This document shows positions 48,059 through 57,333 of a stretch of 64,000 nt of DNA, piece after piece (the first letter of the stretch is position 1; each line of letters opens with the position of its first letter). The notes beneath the pieces were generated by a model, which made no database searches, was not told the origin of the DNA, and saw only the letters and a list, made by a program, of their open reading frames with translations. Source of the stretch: an uncultured Veillonella sp. GTDB taxonomy: Bacteria; Bacillota; Negativicutes; Veillonellales; Veillonellaceae. Position numbers and translations under genes: made by a program. Where the stretch lies: NCBI GenBank assembly GCA_900550175.1, contig URQX01000001.1, forward strand, positions 1,487 to 65,486, written 5' to 3'.

Positions 48059-50704
48059 ATGAGAGAAATTTTATTTCATGTGATTATTAAATCTATTGGT
48101 GAAACCATTTCTGGTAAAACAGTGAAATTAGTGGCTTCTAATGATGTATCTTTACAAGCGGCAACAAATACAAGTGAAAAGCTTGAAAATGCTAAGAGTA
48201 AAGGCTGGTCTGTTGGGGCTAATATTAGTGTTGCCGGCGGTGGTATACTAGGTTTCGATGCAAGTGCTAATGCTGCAAAACAAAAGAGTAATACAAAGGT
48301 AACAACACATACTGGTACTACTGTTGTAGGTTCAGATGTTGTTGCTATTACCTCTGGAAAGAACACCCATATCAGTGGTTCCAAGGTAATTGGTAAATCT
48401 GTAACAGCTGACGTAGGTGGAAACCTTTCTATTGAAAGCTTACAAGATACAAAGACATATGTAGGTGAAAGCTCTAATAAAGGGGTTAGTGTATCTACAA
48501 ATGCGGGTTCTCTAAGTAATGTATCTATGAGTTCAAGCAAAGGTAAAATGAAAAGTGATTATGCAAGTGTTACTGATCAAGCGGGTATATATGCAGGTGA
48601 TGGTGGATTTGTAATTAACACGGCTGAAACAACATCATTAACAGGGGCTGTTATAGATAGTACAGCAGACACTAATAAAAATAAATTATCCACTAAATCA
48701 TTGGATGTTAAAGATGTTGAAAATACGGCAGAATATACGTCTCGTAATGTAGGTATGAGTTATAATCACGTAGGTAATTTTAAGAACCTTAGTAAAGCAG
48801 GAAAAGATGCTGTGTGGAATACATTAGGCACATTACCTAATCTGTTACCAGATTCTAGTAAATCTAGTTCTTCCACTACAAAATCTGCTATTTCAAATGG
48901 TACTATAGAAGTACGAGACGCTAACTTTAATATGCAAACACTGTCTCGAGATACAAAAGATAGCTTGAATAAGCTTGATGAAATCTTTGATAAAAAGAAA
49001 ATTGAAGAACGGCAAGAATTATCTAAATTATTTGCAAAAGAAGCCTTTGGTCAATTACATAATTGGAATCCAACCTCTAAAGAAGGTAAAGCTGCAAAAG
49101 CGATAGCTCATGGTGTAGTTGCTGAAGTATCTTCCCGTATGGCAGGGAATAAACCAGGTAGTGGTTTGTATGCTGGTGCTACCAATGAAGCATTAATTGG
49201 AGAAATTCAAAAAATTGCTAAAGAAAAACCTGATGTAGCTCAAACTTTAAGTGCTCTACTAGGTGCCGCAGTAAATGGTAGTTTAGGCTATTCACCTGTA
49301 ACTGGTGCAGCTGAGGCACAATATGGGACTAAATGGAATGAATATCAGACTTTACAAGCTATCAAGAACCAAATAGAAGCATTAAAGCAAGGTAAAAGTG
49401 TAATAGTATATGGCAGAGAGATAACTTTAGATAAAATAAGAGCGAATGAGTGGTTAGTATTATATGGAATTGACCCAATAACAAAAGAGTTTAGATATAT
49501 AGCTATTAATAATAAAGGGGAAAGTTATGATATTATCCATCATGATTATTATATAAATGATGGTTTTGTAAAAAGCTCTAATGAAAATAATCTTCTTACG
49601 CTTCCCAAAGGTATTACTTTTTATGAGGGGCAGGATATTCCTGTTAAAATAACAGATGAATATATGTTAGATTCTTCGACTGCCACTGCAGTATCATCTA
49701 GAGAAGTATCTAGATATGAGTTAGGTGAATATAATGGTAATATTTCTGCAACAGAGTTTTATACAAAAGCTAGTCCATCTTTTTGGAGAAGGATACAAGG
49801 CGAAAGGGTTAAGTATAGTTTAAATAATCTTGATTTAAGACATGTTGCTCCAAGTTACGTTATATCTCGGATAATAGAAGAAAAATATATTCCTCAAAAA
49901 CTTGCAGATGATTATAAAGTTGTATTTAATGATGGAAAATTTTGGGTAAAATCTGTTAAATATCCAAGTTATAAGGTGGCATTAAGCCAGGCTGATACTT
50001 TTATGATTGTAGGCAGGAGTGAATATCAAAAAGAAGCTGAAAAGATGCGACGAATAGGTGCGAATAATGAAGGGTATTTTGGATTAGGTTTGAGATATGG
50101 AATAGGTGAAGCTAGCTTAAAAGTTATAGAAGGAATGTCTTCTGATGATAGAATTTTTGTTGGAGGTGAAACAACTATAAAAGGCAGTGTTACTGTGCGT
50201 GATCTTGCTATGCTTGTTGGAAAAAAAGGTTTATTTACTAAAGGGGAAACTGACGGATTCTCAAATGCGGCTTCTATGATTAAGTCTCCTTTAGTTCCAG
50301 TAATGGGACAGAGAGAGAATAAGACGTTACATACAGGAATAGACGTTCAAGAATTTAAGCCTAGAATATTCACTAATGGAGATACTATAATTGATATAGA
50401 TCAATCAATTGGAGCGAGAATGGAAATAAAATCTATTTTAGATAAATCAGCTAGAGATGAAATTAACAAGCAGAGTAATAATGCTTCTGCAGCAGAGTTA
50501 GTTGCGATAGCATATCATAACCAACATCCTATGGAGGGGGATTTATATTATGGTAGAGATGGTAAAACTATGAGGTTGATAAAGTCTGTACAAAGTCCTA
50601 CTCATAAGTATGAAATTTTACATGGAAATGCGGGTTGGAGTGTACTTCCTGAACGAGAGTTTAAGGAGGTTTATAAGAAAAATAAAGTGGATGAGAAAAA
50701 ATGA
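48059..50704 (+). CDS. Orphan CdiA C-terminal module (FHA repeats, pre-toxin region, uncharacterised tip)
   Basis: From about residue 13 it aligns by eye with CdiA (IGETISGKTVKLVASN vs IGEQIKGKNVQLAASN; LSIESLQD vs LTVESLRD). No signal peptide or TPS domain. Confidence 0.82.
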   Translation: MREILFHVIIKSIGETISGKTVKLVASNDVSLQAATNTSEKLENAKSKGWSVGANISVAGGGILGFDASANAAKQKSNTKVTTHTGTTVVGSDVVAITSGKNTHISGSKVIGKSVTADVGGNLSIESLQDTKTYVGESSNKGVSVSTNAGSLSNVSMSSSKGKMKSDYASVTDQAGIYAGDGGFVINTAETTSLTGAVIDSTADTNKNKLSTKSLDVKDVENTAEYTSRNVGMSYNHVGNFKNLSKAGKDAVWNTLGTLPNLLPDSSKSSSSTTKSAISNGTIEVRDANFNMQTLSRDTKDSLNKLDEIFDKKKIEERQELSKLFAKEAFGQLHNWNPTSKEGKAAKAIAHGVVAEVSSRMAGNKPGSGLYAGATNEALIGEIQKIAKEKPDVAQTLSALLGAAVNGSLGYSPVTGAAEAQYGTKWNEYQTLQAIKNQIEALKQGKSVIVYGREITLDKIRANEWLVLYGIDPITKEFRYIAINNKGESYDIIHHDYYINDGFVKSSNENNLLTLPKGITFYEGQDIPVKITDEYMLDSSTATAVSSREVSRYELGEYNGNISATEFYTKASPSFWRRIQGERVKYSLNNLDLRHVAPSYVISRIIEEKYIPQKLADDYKVVFNDGKFWVKSVKYPSYKVALSQADTFMIVGRSEYQKEAEKMRRIGANNEGYFGLGLRYGIGEASLKVIEGMSSDDRIFVGGETTIKGSVTVRDLAMLVGKKGLFTKGETDGFSNAASMIKSPLVPVMGQRENKTLHTGIDVQEFKPRIFTNGDTIIDIDQSIGARMEIKSILDKSARDEINKQSNNASAAELVAIAYHNQHPMEGDLYYGRDGKTMRLIKSVQSPTHKYEILHGNAGWSVLPEREFKEVYKKNKVDEKK

Positions 50705-51699
50705 ATAATTTTGCTCAACTAGAGTTTGCTAAATTTAAGATTGAAGTAAAAGACTTAATTCAATACGTAAAGAAGTTTAAAGAACTTACGATGAATGTGC
50801 AAACTTATCTTTCAATAAATATTTTAGTTTTCTTGGGCATAGAAGCAAATATTTTTATGCTTACTCTTCCTTTTGATAGAATATATAATCAAGAATATTA
50901 TAATATGTTATTTTATGTAGGGCATACTCTTTATATTCTTTTTATTTTTATAACAAATTATATGCGGTTGAATTATTATAAAAAGGCTTCTCTTAATTGG
51001 CTTAATGTCATTATAATGATTTCTTTAGCAATGGTTTTACTTTTTGGTAAAAGTATTATTATTTCTAGTTCTAATTTTAGGTTTAGCAGCACTACTGAGT
51101 ATATATTGGGAAATAAAGTGCTGTGGAGCGTAGATATCCCTGAGCTATTCTTACCTTTTCTAATTGGAGTGATACTATTGGGGTCATTTGGAATTGCCAA
51201 ATTATGGTCTACTCAGGATACTATTGAAACTAATGGGATTATTTTTGACAATAAAGTTATTGATGTGTGGTGGGGCGATAGAAATGATTTAACCGATGGG
51301 CAAATTAAGACCTTAAAGTTATATTATAGTCGACAAGATGCCTATCCTTTTTGGATTGATATCTATAAAAGTATTTTAATAGATAGTTTATGGTTTTATG
51401 GACGCAGTACTGTTCGTCAGTGGCATATGTTTAATGTGTTTTTTGCGTTCATTATGTATAATTTTATTGTAACTTATACTATTGAGACGCCCATTTTAAG
51501 ATATGCTTTATATATTTATCTTACATATACTGTAATTACTATGATATGTAGACGCTTGCTGGATACTAATAGTAGTATTTTTTGGCTTATTGGCTTATTT
51601 GTACCATTAGTTAATATATATGTACTATACCTGCTGTATAATAAAACTTCTATAATATATGATCAGGAAAGTAACACGATTTTTTATTATCCTTTATAA
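50701..51699 (+). CDS. Multi-pass membrane protein with a DUF805-like C-terminus; candidate immunity protein of the orphan module
   Basis: ATGA overlap with the orphan ORF. FYGRSTVRQW and RRLLDTNSSIFWL...VP motifs. Confidence 0.65.
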   Translation: MNNFAQLEFAKFKIEVKDLIQYVKKFKELTMNVQTYLSINILVFLGIEANIFMLTLPFDRIYNQEYYNMLFYVGHTLYILFIFITNYMRLNYYKKASLNWLNVIIMISLAMVLLFGKSIIISSSNFRFSSTTEYILGNKVLWSVDIPELFLPFLIGVILLGSFGIAKLWSTQDTIETNGIIFDNKVIDVWWGDRNDLTDGQIKTLKLYYSRQDAYPFWIDIYKSILIDSLWFYGRSTVRQWHMFNVFFAFIMYNFIVTYTIETPILRYALYIYLTYTVITMICRRLLDTNSSIFWLIGLFVPLVNIYVLYLLYNKTSIIYDQESNTIFYYPL

Positions 51700-51704
51700 C
51701 TTGT

Positions 51705-51740
51705 TAAACCCTACTATGAGTTTTTCATAGTAGGGTTTAT
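51705..51740 (+). terminator. Terminator closing the toxin locus
   Basis: taaaccctactatga / tcatagtagggttta. Confidence 0.8.
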
Positions 51741-51961
51741 TGTAGTCATTTAATGAGTATCGAAATAGATATAAAGGAATAGTAACGTATTTTAGAAGTC
51801 ATAAATTAATTTGTCATGACTCTGATAAAATAATAATTGTAAGATGGTACAAGCAAATGTACTGATATAAGTAATTCCTTATATGCTATAATTAAGTATT
51901 ACATGAATTATTTAATATATCTTAATTATAGAGTTATAGCGTTTATAGAAAGAGGTTTCTT

Positions 51962-52459
51962 ATGGCATCCGGCAGATCTGAAAAAGAGTTACAAGGGGTA
52001 ACGATGTTAGGTCACAAGACCGATTACCCTACTGATTATGCACCACAGGTGTTAGAGGCGTTTGATAACAAGCACCCAGACAACGATTACTTCGTTAAGT
52101 TTAACTGTCCTGAGTTCACTAGCTTGTGCCCTATGACAGGTCAACCAGACTTTGCGACAATCTATATTTCTTATGTACCAGATAAGAAAATGGTTGAGTC
52201 CAAGTCTTTAAAATTATACCTATTTAGTTTCCGTAACCATGGGGACTTTCACGAGGACTGCATCAACATCATCATGAAAGACCTCATCAAGTTGATGGAT
52301 CCTAAGTACATTGAGGTATGGGGCAAGTTTACGCCGCGCGGTGGTTTGTCTATCGATCCATACGCAAACTATGGCAAGCCTGGTACAGAGTGGGAAAAGA
52401 CGGCAAAAGAGCGCCTTCATTTCCACGACATGCAGCCTGAGCGCGTAGCATATCGTTAA
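51962..52459 (+). CDS. queF: NADPH-dependent preQ0 reductase (unimodular)
   Basis: [34 protein letters not shown]. Confidence 0.97.
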   Translation: MASGRSEKELQGVTMLGHKTDYPTDYAPQVLEAFDNKHPDNDYFVKFNCPEFTSLCPMTGQPDFATIYISYVPDKKMVESKSLKLYLFSFRNHGDFHEDCINIIMKDLIKLMDPKYIEVWGKFTPRGGLSIDPYANYGKPGTEWEKTAKERLHFHDMQPERVAYR

Positions 52460-52460
52460 T

Positions 52461-53321
52461 ATGGCATACGAATATTTAACAATGGTCACATCGTTCATAA
52501 TATTTTTTATGATTGGTGTGACCTTGTCTATACACCCTGCGTCGATTATGGTAGGGATGAATACGTATATAGAATCACAAAGCAAATGGACTCGATGGAA
52601 CGGCTATATTATCTTTGTGTTGCTCCTATTTGTTATGGATATTTTCTTAACTAATGCTGTATATCTAGCCTTTTACGATATATACGGCAACCTTATGAAC
52701 ATAGGACATCTCGATGTTGATTTTATGGCTATTTTCTTTAGTGAAAGCTTTCAAATCCTTGTAGCTGTCTTATTTTTGCTCGTGTTATTCCAAGTTTTGG
52801 GTCTCGTCGATGTAGCCCATGGTGAAAGAAATCTATCCTTTTACTACAGCCAAGTAGAGGTTGGCAAGGCGCCGCTATCTTGGATGGAGCGATACATGGA
52901 AAGTGAGAAGGGCTCGCTGGGGGCAAGTATAATAGGACTCCTATACATGCTATGGATGACCAAGAGGAGTATGTGGACATATATTGTCTGCGTTGTGTGG
53001 TTCAAGGTACTTGCTATGCTAGTCAATGTACTAGTTTCACCCGTTATCAACCGCATTATGCATGAAAATAATGAGCTAGCGACACATGTGATTCTTGATC
53101 CTTATGTTATTTCCTATGTAGTGGCGGGATTCTTATGGGGCCATGTAGTGTTACATCATGACTTAAGTAAAGCATCTAGATTGGCTAAGAGCGTGGTTAT
53201 ATCCTTAGTCCCTCGTCTAAGTGTATTGGTGGGGGCCCTTCTCTTTATCGGATTGGCTCTAGCCATTATATTGATGCCTATCACTTGGGATATTGTGGTG
53301 GATGTGCTTACAAGTAAATAG
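52461..53321 (+). CDS. Hypothetical membrane protein
   Basis: 286-aa hydrophobic ORF starting 1 bp after queF. Confidence 0.65.
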   Translation: MAYEYLTMVTSFIIFFMIGVTLSIHPASIMVGMNTYIESQSKWTRWNGYIIFVLLLFVMDIFLTNAVYLAFYDIYGNLMNIGHLDVDFMAIFFSESFQILVAVLFLLVLFQVLGLVDVAHGERNLSFYYSQVEVGKAPLSWMERYMESEKGSLGASIIGLLYMLWMTKRSMWTYIVCVVWFKVLAMLVNVLVSPVINRIMHENNELATHVILDPYVISYVVAGFLWGHVVLHHDLSKASRLAKSVVISLVPRLSVLVGALLFIGLALAIILMPITWDIVVDVLTSK

Positions 53322-53534
53322 ATAAACCTAGTTATTTCCTATATTTTTAGGGTTTTAAAAGCGGTTCTCATTCTCTTGACAATGCATAGATGCAGGTGAT
53401 AGAGTATGATTGTATTTATGAGAATACACAAATGGTTATATCCAGTGTATAGAGAATAACAAGGTGAAATTCATATCGTCCTTGGGATGTTCCTGAGGAC
53501 GATTTTTATCATCTATCGCCAAAAGGAGGATCAG

Positions 53535-54449
53535 ATGAGCGTAGTTACAAATCAAACAACTGAACTGATTGGTAAAACTCCGGTATATCAATTACCAAAT
53601 ACCAATATTTATGTAAAACTTGAAAAATATAATGTAGGCGGTTCTGTGAAAGACCGTGCTGTACTTGGCATGTTGCAAGATGCTAAGGAAAAAGGACGCC
53701 TTCACGAAGATAGCATCATCGTAGAGGCTACAAGCGGCAATACTGGTATTGCTCTTGCCATGGTGGGCGCCATCTTGCATATTAAAACTGTTATTATTAT
53801 GCCTGAAAGCATGAGTAAAGAACGTCGTGAGCTCATTAAGGCTTATGGTGCACAGCTCATCTTAACACCAAAAGAAACTGGTATGAGAGGTGCTCTTGAA
53901 CGAGCTAATGAAATTTTAGATAAATACCCAAATGCGTTTACATTGGGCCAATTCGTAAATCCTGCAAATCCAGATATGCATTACCGTACAACTGGCGCTG
54001 AAATTGTAGAGCAAGTGCCAAATGTTGATGTTTTCATAGCAGGTATCGGTACTGGGGGTACTTTCACGGGCGTTGCAAAACGGTTGAAAGAACACAATCC
54101 TAACCTAAAAGCGATTGCCGTAGAGCCAACAGGTTCTCCAGCAATTACGGAAGGCAAGGGCGGCCCTCATAAAATTCAAGGTATTGGTGCGGGCTTCATT
54201 CCAGAGAACTTTGACCAAAGCTTGATGGACGGCGTACAAACTGTGAGCGATGAAGAGGCATTTAGCGAGGTGCAAACCTTCATGCGTGAAAGTGGTGTTT
54301 CTATTGGGCTATCCGCAGGAGCAGCTATCGTTGCGGCAAAGCGTATTGCTCGAGAAGAGCCAAAGGCGAATATCGTAGTGATTGCACCGGATGGGGTAGA
54401 GAAATACTTATCCCTCTTGGACTTCGGCAATACTGAGTACGTAAAGTAA
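53535..54449 (+). CDS. cysK: Cysteine synthase (O-acetylserine sulfhydrylase A)
   Basis: GGSVKDR (PLP lysine), EATSGNTG, GIGTGGT, HKIQGIGAGF. Start follows AAGGAGG. Confidence 0.95.
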   Translation: MSVVTNQTTELIGKTPVYQLPNTNIYVKLEKYNVGGSVKDRAVLGMLQDAKEKGRLHEDSIIVEATSGNTGIALAMVGAILHIKTVIIMPESMSKERRELIKAYGAQLILTPKETGMRGALERANEILDKYPNAFTLGQFVNPANPDMHYRTTGAEIVEQVPNVDVFIAGIGTGGTFTGVAKRLKEHNPNLKAIAVEPTGSPAITEGKGGPHKIQGIGAGFIPENFDQSLMDGVQTVSDEEAFSEVQTFMRESGVSIGLSAGAAIVAAKRIAREEPKANIVVIAPDGVEKYLSLLDFGNTEYVK

Positions 54450-54551
54450 CGAATTTCGCATAGATAAAACATCTTATGTATAGGAATACATACCACATAT
54501 GTTGTATACTATATATTATATATGAGTAGAGTTATTTGAGATGGAGTCGCT

Positions 54552-55160
54552 ATGATACAAGGTTTACGCGAATTATGGGGCAAAATTCAATATAATATTA
54601 AACGTGTAATGGATTCTGACCCTGCTGCAACGAATGTGTGGATGGTCATTTGGACATACCCGCATATTACATCCTTGTTTTGGCATTTCTTTGCGCATCG
54701 CCTTTATAAGGCGGGATGGCCAACCTTGGCCCGTCGCGTAGCTCTTCATTCTCGACACGTAACGGGCATTGAAATCCATCCGGGTGCTACCATCGGCCGT
54801 GGTTTATTTATCGACCATGGCATGGGTGTCGTTATCGGTGAAACGGCCATCGTAGGGGATAATGTGACCTTGTTCCATCAAGTGACGTTAGGTGGCATGT
54901 CCTCTAAAAAGGTAAAACGCCATCCGACCATCGAAGACGAAGTACTCATCGGTACAGGCACAAAAATCTTAGGTGATATTACTATTGGGGCACGCACTAA
55001 AATCGGTTGTAACCTCGTTATCAAACACGATATCCCTAAAGATATGGTTATCTTTGAAACGGATCCAGAAAATATGTATGTCCGTAAACCTCGTCGCACT
55101 AATAACGGTAAGGCTGAGGAAAAGAAAATTCCTGACGATTACATAGAATACTATATTTAA
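54552..55160 (+). CDS. cysE: Serine O-acetyltransferase
   Basis: DPAA, TGIEIHPGATIG..FIDHG.GVVIGETA, KRHPTI. Confidence 0.95.
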   Translation: MIQGLRELWGKIQYNIKRVMDSDPAATNVWMVIWTYPHITSLFWHFFAHRLYKAGWPTLARRVALHSRHVTGIEIHPGATIGRGLFIDHGMGVVIGETAIVGDNVTLFHQVTLGGMSSKKVKRHPTIEDEVLIGTGTKILGDITIGARTKIGCNLVIKHDIPKDMVIFETDPENMYVRKPRRTNNGKAEEKKIPDDYIEYYI

Positions 55161-55197
55161 TATAGTGTAATAAAACCTTATATAATATAGAAGGATA

Positions 55198-55240
55198 GAA
55201 CCTCTAACTATTAGATGAACTAGTAGTTAGAGGTTTTTTT
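55198..55240 (+). terminator. Intrinsic terminator after cysE
   Basis: aacctctaactatt ... agtagttagaggttttttt. Confidence 0.8.
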
Positions 55241-55317
55241 ATAAAGATATTTAAAAAAATCGATTTAATACATTGACAAGGCCTTATTGGGTATGATATG
55301 ATTACCCAGTAAAGCAT

Positions 55318-55408
55318 GGAGGATTACTCAAGAGGCTGAAGAGGACGGTTTGCTAAATCGTTAGGGCGGGTTACCGTCGCTAGGGTTCGAATCCCTAATC
55401 CTCCGCCA
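55318..55408 (+). tRNA. tRNA-Ser (anticodon GCT)
   Basis: Acceptor stem GGAGGAT/ATCCTCC, discriminator G plus encoded CCA, anticodon arm acggt-ttGCTaa-atcgt, long variable arm, GGTTCGAATCC T-arm. Upstream TTGACA/TATGAT promoter. Confidence 0.95.
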
Positions 55409-55413
55409 TGCTG

Positions 55414-55446
55414 AGACCTCACATCTAGCGATGTGAGGTCTTTTTG
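55414..55446 (+). terminator. Terminator after the tRNA
   Basis: agacctcacatc / gatgtgaggtct followed by a T-run. Confidence 0.85.
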
Positions 55447-55611
55447 TTTATTGTGGTATTTACTGGGTATAGACCTAAAGGCATAAGGACTCAAGTGGGC
55501 CTGAGGTCTTGTAAATATTGATGTATACAGGCGTGTAAGGTTATAGAGTTGACGTATGACAAGGGCTTTCATATAATAGATTGTATAAAATGTAATTTTA
55601 AGGAGACTCTT

Positions 55612-56364
55612 ATGAATATAAAATATACACGTCACATGAATTTACTTCGTCGCGCTATGGGTATCGGTGCATTATGTCTCGTTGCCTCTGTTGGTTTTGT
55701 TCATGCTGAAAGCATTGCTATTCCAAGCGCACGTCCCATGGTAGATGGGGTGAGTGCCGATGTAGAAACTGTTAGTAGCTCTAGTAAAGCACAACATCAC
55801 GTGAGTGCAGGTGTGATTACGCCAAGTGATTGGACGTATACAGCGTTACAAACGCTAATTAAGCATGGTGCTATTACAGATACACATGGTTTTGTCTTTG
55901 ATGGTAATACAAGCTATACAAAGGATGAACTCATGCCTCTTATCGATGAAGTTGTAACTAAACGGGAGCAAATGAACGAAAACGATCGCCAATATGCATT
56001 GCGCATTTATCAAGAAAATATGCGTGATGTAATGGATTATCGTATTGCTCGCGATAAGAAGATTACGCAAGAGCGCCGTCAAAAATTAGACGAAAAGCGT
56101 ACTGAAAAAGCTAAGAAATTTGGTAAAACATACCAAGTATCTAAATCTCAACAAGAGGCTTTAGATACAGCTAATGATGAAGTGGCAAAACCAGAAGAGC
56201 GCGCTTTAACTGATGAACAAATCAAAGAAAAAATGAAGAAGTTCAAAATTGATGACTCTCGCGTTAAAGTAAATAATAATGTGCGTATCCGTTATACAGG
56301 TGGTAAGGATACAAAATCTAAAACCGATGCTCGTATGCAAACGGAGATGACTTTCACTCTATAA
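55612..56364 (+). CDS. Secreted protein with an SLH-like domain and charged coiled coil
   Basis: Signal peptide (VHA), then PSDWTYTALQTLIKHGAI...FDGNTSYTKDEL (SLH pattern). Confidence 0.65.
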   Translation: MNIKYTRHMNLLRRAMGIGALCLVASVGFVHAESIAIPSARPMVDGVSADVETVSSSSKAQHHVSAGVITPSDWTYTALQTLIKHGAITDTHGFVFDGNTSYTKDELMPLIDEVVTKREQMNENDRQYALRIYQENMRDVMDYRIARDKKITQERRQKLDEKRTEKAKKFGKTYQVSKSQQEALDTANDEVAKPEERALTDEQIKEKMKKFKIDDSRVKVNNNVRIRYTGGKDTKSKTDARMQTEMTFTL

Positions 56365-56383
56365 CCCTATTTAAGGAGTTATA

Positions 56384-56521
56384 ATGATTGATTTTTTTAA
56401 GAAACAGCTGTTTACCGTCCACCAAAACGGTAAGCAACATGTGAGCGAGGTCTTTAAATATATAGGGCCTGGCATCATCGTAACTGTTATGAATATCTAC
56501 TTACTCTATGTAGGCGCATAA
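56384..56521 (+). pseudogene. mntH: Internally deleted Nramp/MntH manganese transporter remnant
   Basis: Manual translation MIDFFKKQLFTVHQNGKQHVSEVFKYIGPGIIVTV|MNIYLLYVGA*. The TM1 start KYIGPG..VTV is joined to a C-terminal NIYLL. AAGGAG RBS and terminator are retained. Confidence 0.65.
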
Positions 56522-56557
56522 GATATAAGCTCATCATTTAAAGCTAATAATGATAGA

Positions 56558-56588
56558 GAAAAAGACCGTGTTGGCGGTCTTTTTTTTA
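56558..56588 (+). terminator. Intrinsic terminator
   Basis: aaaaagaccg / cggtcttttt. Confidence 0.8.
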
Positions 56589-56730
56589 GTAGGTTATGTA
56601 TATTGATTATGTAAAAAGCGTATCCAAGAATACCCATGTGGGCTATAAAATATGTTACAATTAAAGATAGCATAATATCTGTAGGGAGTATTCCCTCATC
56701 AGTGTAATAGATAGAAATTAGGAGGACCTA

Positions 56731-57333
56731 ATGGCAAAGGAAGTAAAAGTACAAGACGTAATGCAATCTGATTTCAGTGTTGTAGTAAACGATATTGCAG
56801 AGGAATTATTAACGCGCCTAAATATGGATGAGGATGGCTCTATTATCGACATGTTCCAAACAGGTTCTTTTGATCCTTGGCAATTATTTGTGTTCTTTGG
56901 CGCTTTAGAAAAAGCGCTCGTTGATTTTAGAACAGATAAACGCAAAAAAACAGTTATCGTTCACGCCCAACCTGAGGCCCTTATCGGTATTGGCCGTGTA
57001 GTGACACCTGTATCCACTATGCTCGAGCATGTGTTGATGTCTCGTTTGAACGACATGAGTGAAGGTCGTTTGGAAACAGGTATGCTTACAGTATCTGCTG
57101 GAAGCATCGACTACGAAGGTGTTAATCTAAAAGGCCGTCACGTTGTTATCGTATGCGACCTTGTAGATGAAGACTCTGATTACCTCAAAGAATGTATTAA
57201 TTTATGTAAAGAAATGAAAGCTAGCCACGTAGTGGCTGTGCCTCTCATGTTGTGGAATCCTGAGTTGATTGACAACTTGACAGAGGAAACTATCAAGGCG
57301 GAGTTATCCCATGAAAATCGTCCTCTCTCCTAG
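56731..57333 (+). CDS. Hypothetical protein with a phosphoribosyltransferase-like fold
   Basis: LKGRHVVIVCDLVD resembles a degenerate PRPP-binding loop. AGGAGG RBS. Confidence 0.5.
   Translation: MAKEVKVQDVMQSDFSVVVNDIAEELLTRLNMDEDGSIIDMFQTGSFDPWQLFVFFGALEKALVDFRTDKRKKTVIVHAQPEALIGIGRVVTPVSTMLEHVLMSRLNDMSEGRLETGMLTVSAGSIDYEGVNLKGRHVVIVCDLVDEDSDYLKECINLCKEMKASHVVAVPLMLWNPELIDNLTEETIKAELSHENRPLS

Noticed and set aside
51740..51961. Possible preQ1 riboswitch upstream of queF
   Set aside because: No preQ1-I stem-loop with an A-rich tail and no leader terminator could be found. The agaggtt seen is the RBS region.
55318..55620. tRNA-Ser as an integration site for an island or prophage
   Set aside because: No integrase nearby and no duplicate of the tRNA 3' end noticed in the window.
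55324..55635. 103-aa minus-strand ORF
   Set aside because: It overlaps the tRNA-Ser gene and its terminator, so it is spurious.
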